From a bacterium (GTDB taxonomy: Bacteria; Hinthialibacterota; Hinthialibacteria; Hinthialibacterales; Hinthialibacteraceae), in NCBI GenBank assembly GCA_041946805.1, contig JBHGBC010000127.1, positions 1-17,342 of the forward strand: DNA of 17,342 nt. Direction: 5' to 3'. A program made the translations under genes and the position numbers. Below the pieces are notes generated by a model, which was not told where the DNA came from, did not search any database, and saw nothing but the letters and a program-made list of their open reading frames with translations. Shown here in pieces: positions 15,637-17,342 of the stretch (positions are counted from its first letter, which is position 1; every line of letters starts with the position of its first letter).

Positions 15637-16443
15637 TTACCGGGACCGCTTGGCGCCGGCGATCGTGGGGAACGCGATCTTCACGTTGGAAATCGTGATG
15701 TCCGGCAGATCGAAGAAGGCCGCTCCCGGACTTTTGCCCAATACCAGCCGCAAGGACTTGGGGGTGAAGAGCACCGGCTCGTAGCGGTGTTCGGCCAGCG
15801 TCTGGCCGTTTACGGAAAGGACCACCTTGCCGTGCAGCCACTCCAGCTGAATAGTGTATTTTTGGTTCGGGTAAATGGGCATTTCCGCGGAAGCCTGGGT
15901 TTGCTGATAACTCGTGGTGCCCTCGGGCACGCCCTCGATGTACCGGTTCTCATCCGGGGTTCCCGAGGGGAAGTTTTTGATGGTCCAGAGAAACTCGAAC
16001 GGTGAACGCGGGGCGGTTTGGTAATTCTTCAAGGTCAACGTGCACCGGTAGGGATTGAGCAGGATGAACGGATCGGCATAGGCCGATTCGGCCGGTTCGT
16101 AGAGCGTCAGGAAAATAGTGTCCCGGGCGTTTCGATTCAGGCCCTTCACATCGAACGCGATCAGACCTTGGGGAATGCCGGAAAAACTGTAGGTCAACGA
16201 TCCATCCGGTCCCGGTTGCCATCCCTCCTTGGTGAAGGTCCCGCCCACGACGGCGGCGGCTGGGGAACCGCCTTTGAGTGAATCCTCGGTTATCGTTCCG
16301 CTGACCGAACGCTTGATGATGGTTTGTCCGCCGCATCCGGCGGCCATCAACAGGACCAGCGTCAGCCAGACCGGCCCGGCGGCCGGCATCCATCGGGACC
16401 CACGCCGCGAGGATTTCAACGAAAACAAGAGTTGCAGTGTCAT
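15637..16443 (-). CDS. Hypothetical lipoprotein, beta-rich (possibly ConA/LamG-like)
   Basis: SD AGGAG upstream. A hydrophobic stretch ends in a lipobox-like AAG|C37. The C-terminal YTIQLEW..VVLSVNG..LVLG..ITISNVKI pattern is reminiscent of jelly-roll domains. The product is tentative. Confidence 0.8.
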   Translation of the reverse strand: MTLQLLFSLKSSRRGSRWMPAAGPVWLTLVLLMAAGCGGQTIIKRSVSGTITEDSLKGGSPAAAVVGGTFTKEGWQPGPDGSLTYSFSGIPQGLIAFDVKGLNRNARDTIFLTLYEPAESAYADPFILLNPYRCTLTLKNYQTAPRSPFEFLWTIKNFPSGTPDENRYIEGVPEGTTSYQQTQASAEMPIYPNQKYTIQLEWLHGKVVLSVNGQTLAEHRYEPVLFTPKSLRLVLGKSPGAAFFDLPDITISNVKIAFPTIAGAKRSR

Positions 16444-16758
16444 GAGAATCGTTTCTCCTTTTATCGGGTGTCACCCGGATGAGACAGACCTGAAATCCGC
16501 ATTCCACCCGCCGGCGGTCCCGGCCCGGCGGGAATCCGCTCCCCCCGCGCCCGGCCGGACCCGGTGGAAAATCCGGATTTCAACCTTCGCATTCTAATCA
16601 AAGTGTGGGATAATTACCAGAGATTTGGATTCGATGGAAATCCACTCCACCCTTTATGGAAACGCGGCGGAGTGGAACCCAGGGAAGGAAGCCAAGGCCG
16701 GCGGCGGAGCCGGACCGCGCCCTGAAACCCGGCATCCCAGGTTCACGAGCAGCCCGAA

Positions 16759-17157
16759 ATGGCGGATATCACCTGCACGCGCGCGGAGGACACGGATCTT
16801 TTGATATTTCAAGGCGGCCTCGACGACGCCACCCTGGAGGAACTGACCCGCACGATCTCCCTCCTCCGTCAGCAAGGCAGCCGTAAAATCCTGCTGCGGG
16901 GAGAAAATGTCAACCATATCCAAACCGGCCGCCTGGAGATGTTGGCCCGTCCCATTCGCGTGTACCGGGGCACGGGCGGCGTCATCGCCCTGGCGGGATT
17001 CACCGATTCCACCCTCGACGCCATCCGCCGGGCCTCCTGGTACCGCTTCCTGAACGTTTTCCGGACCGGAGAAGAAGCCTGGCGGTTCCTCCATCCCAAT
17101 TCCTCCCATCCCGGGTCCAACTCCCCCGCTGGCCAGGTCTCTCCTTCCTCATCCTGA
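16759..17157 (+). CDS. STAS domain protein (anti-sigma factor antagonist-like)
   Basis: The pattern LLIFQGGLD..GSRKILL..NVNHI..YRGTGGVIALAG..TLDAIRRA..FLNVFRTGEEA is typical of SpoIIAA/RsbV-like STAS proteins. It has a Ser/Pro-rich tail. Confidence 0.85.
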   Translation: MADITCTRAEDTDLLIFQGGLDDATLEELTRTISLLRQQGSRKILLRGENVNHIQTGRLEMLARPIRVYRGTGGVIALAGFTDSTLDAIRRASWYRFLNVFRTGEEAWRFLHPNSSHPGSNSPAGQVSPSSS

Positions 17158-17208
17158 TTCCAATTGGATTCGTATCCGGGAATCTTGTGAAAGGAATATT
17201 GATTTTCG

Positions 17209-17236
17209 GCACATCCGGCATGTGCGCGCTTTTTTT
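17209..17236 (+). terminator. Weak possible intrinsic terminator
   Basis: A gcacat-ccggc-atgtgc hairpin, then 4 nt, then T7, downstream of the STAS gene. Confidence 0.35.
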
Positions 17237-17290
17237 CAGACCGCCGGTGCGCATCGCTTCGAAAGGATCGATGAAAACCGCCCCAAAATT

Positions 17291-17323
17291 CCCTCTCCCT
17301 TTGGGAGAGGGCCAGGGTGAGGG
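17291..17323 (-). repeat. BoxC-like repeat, copy 6
   Basis: Plus strand ccctctccctttgggagagggccagggtgaggg. Confidence 0.92.
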
Positions 17324-17330
17324 TATTTTT

Positions 17331-17342
17331 GTAGGGGCGGAC
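17331..17342 (+). repeat. Probable start of a GTAG-family REP, truncated by the window edge
   Basis: GTAGGGGCGGAC begins 7 nt after BoxC-like copy 6. The second arm is not visible. Confidence 0.5.

Noticed and set aside
16387..16413. Tat signal (SRR) in the lipoprotein
   Set aside because: SRRGSR does not fit the S/T-R-R-x-F-L-K consensus.
17252..17273. GAAA-loop hairpin as c-di-GMP riboswitch
   Set aside because: The flanking GGCAAAC/GCAAAGC consensus elements are absent.

Overview
GC-rich bacterial chromosomal window with 13 credible CDS, mostly of unrelated housekeeping or envelope functions: pcm, a 908-aa exported protein resembling a degenerate heparinase II/III-type lyase, a glcD-like FAD oxidoreductase, a membrane-anchored SGNH hydrolase with an extra C-terminal domain, two atypical STAS proteins, an archaeal-type DRG/Obg-TGS GTPase, a sialate O-acetylesterase, a small 4-Cys protein, a divergent pgi, an orphan prepilin, an AzgA/PbuG-type NCS2 permease and a lipoprotein. 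I found no rRNA, tRNA, CRISPR array, transposase or integrase. The most striking non-coding signal is a very dense set of short intergenic repeats. Six copies of a ~33-nt BoxC-like hairpin are present, five with an intact G-quadruplex motif on one strand. GTAG/GTGG-type REPs, CCCAGGG..CCCTGGG elements and 9-mer tandems also occur, stacked into mosaics at about 192-321, 8962-9257 and 11354-11751. A perfect sigma70 promoter points out of the left edge. Several proteins resemble families I recall from candidate phyla such as Sumerlaeota/BRC1 and OLB16 (Hinthialibacteria), which is an unverified inference. I cannot claim a complete new system from sequence alone. The best candidates are the repeat mosaics and the pseudo-lyase/glcD/SGNH operon.
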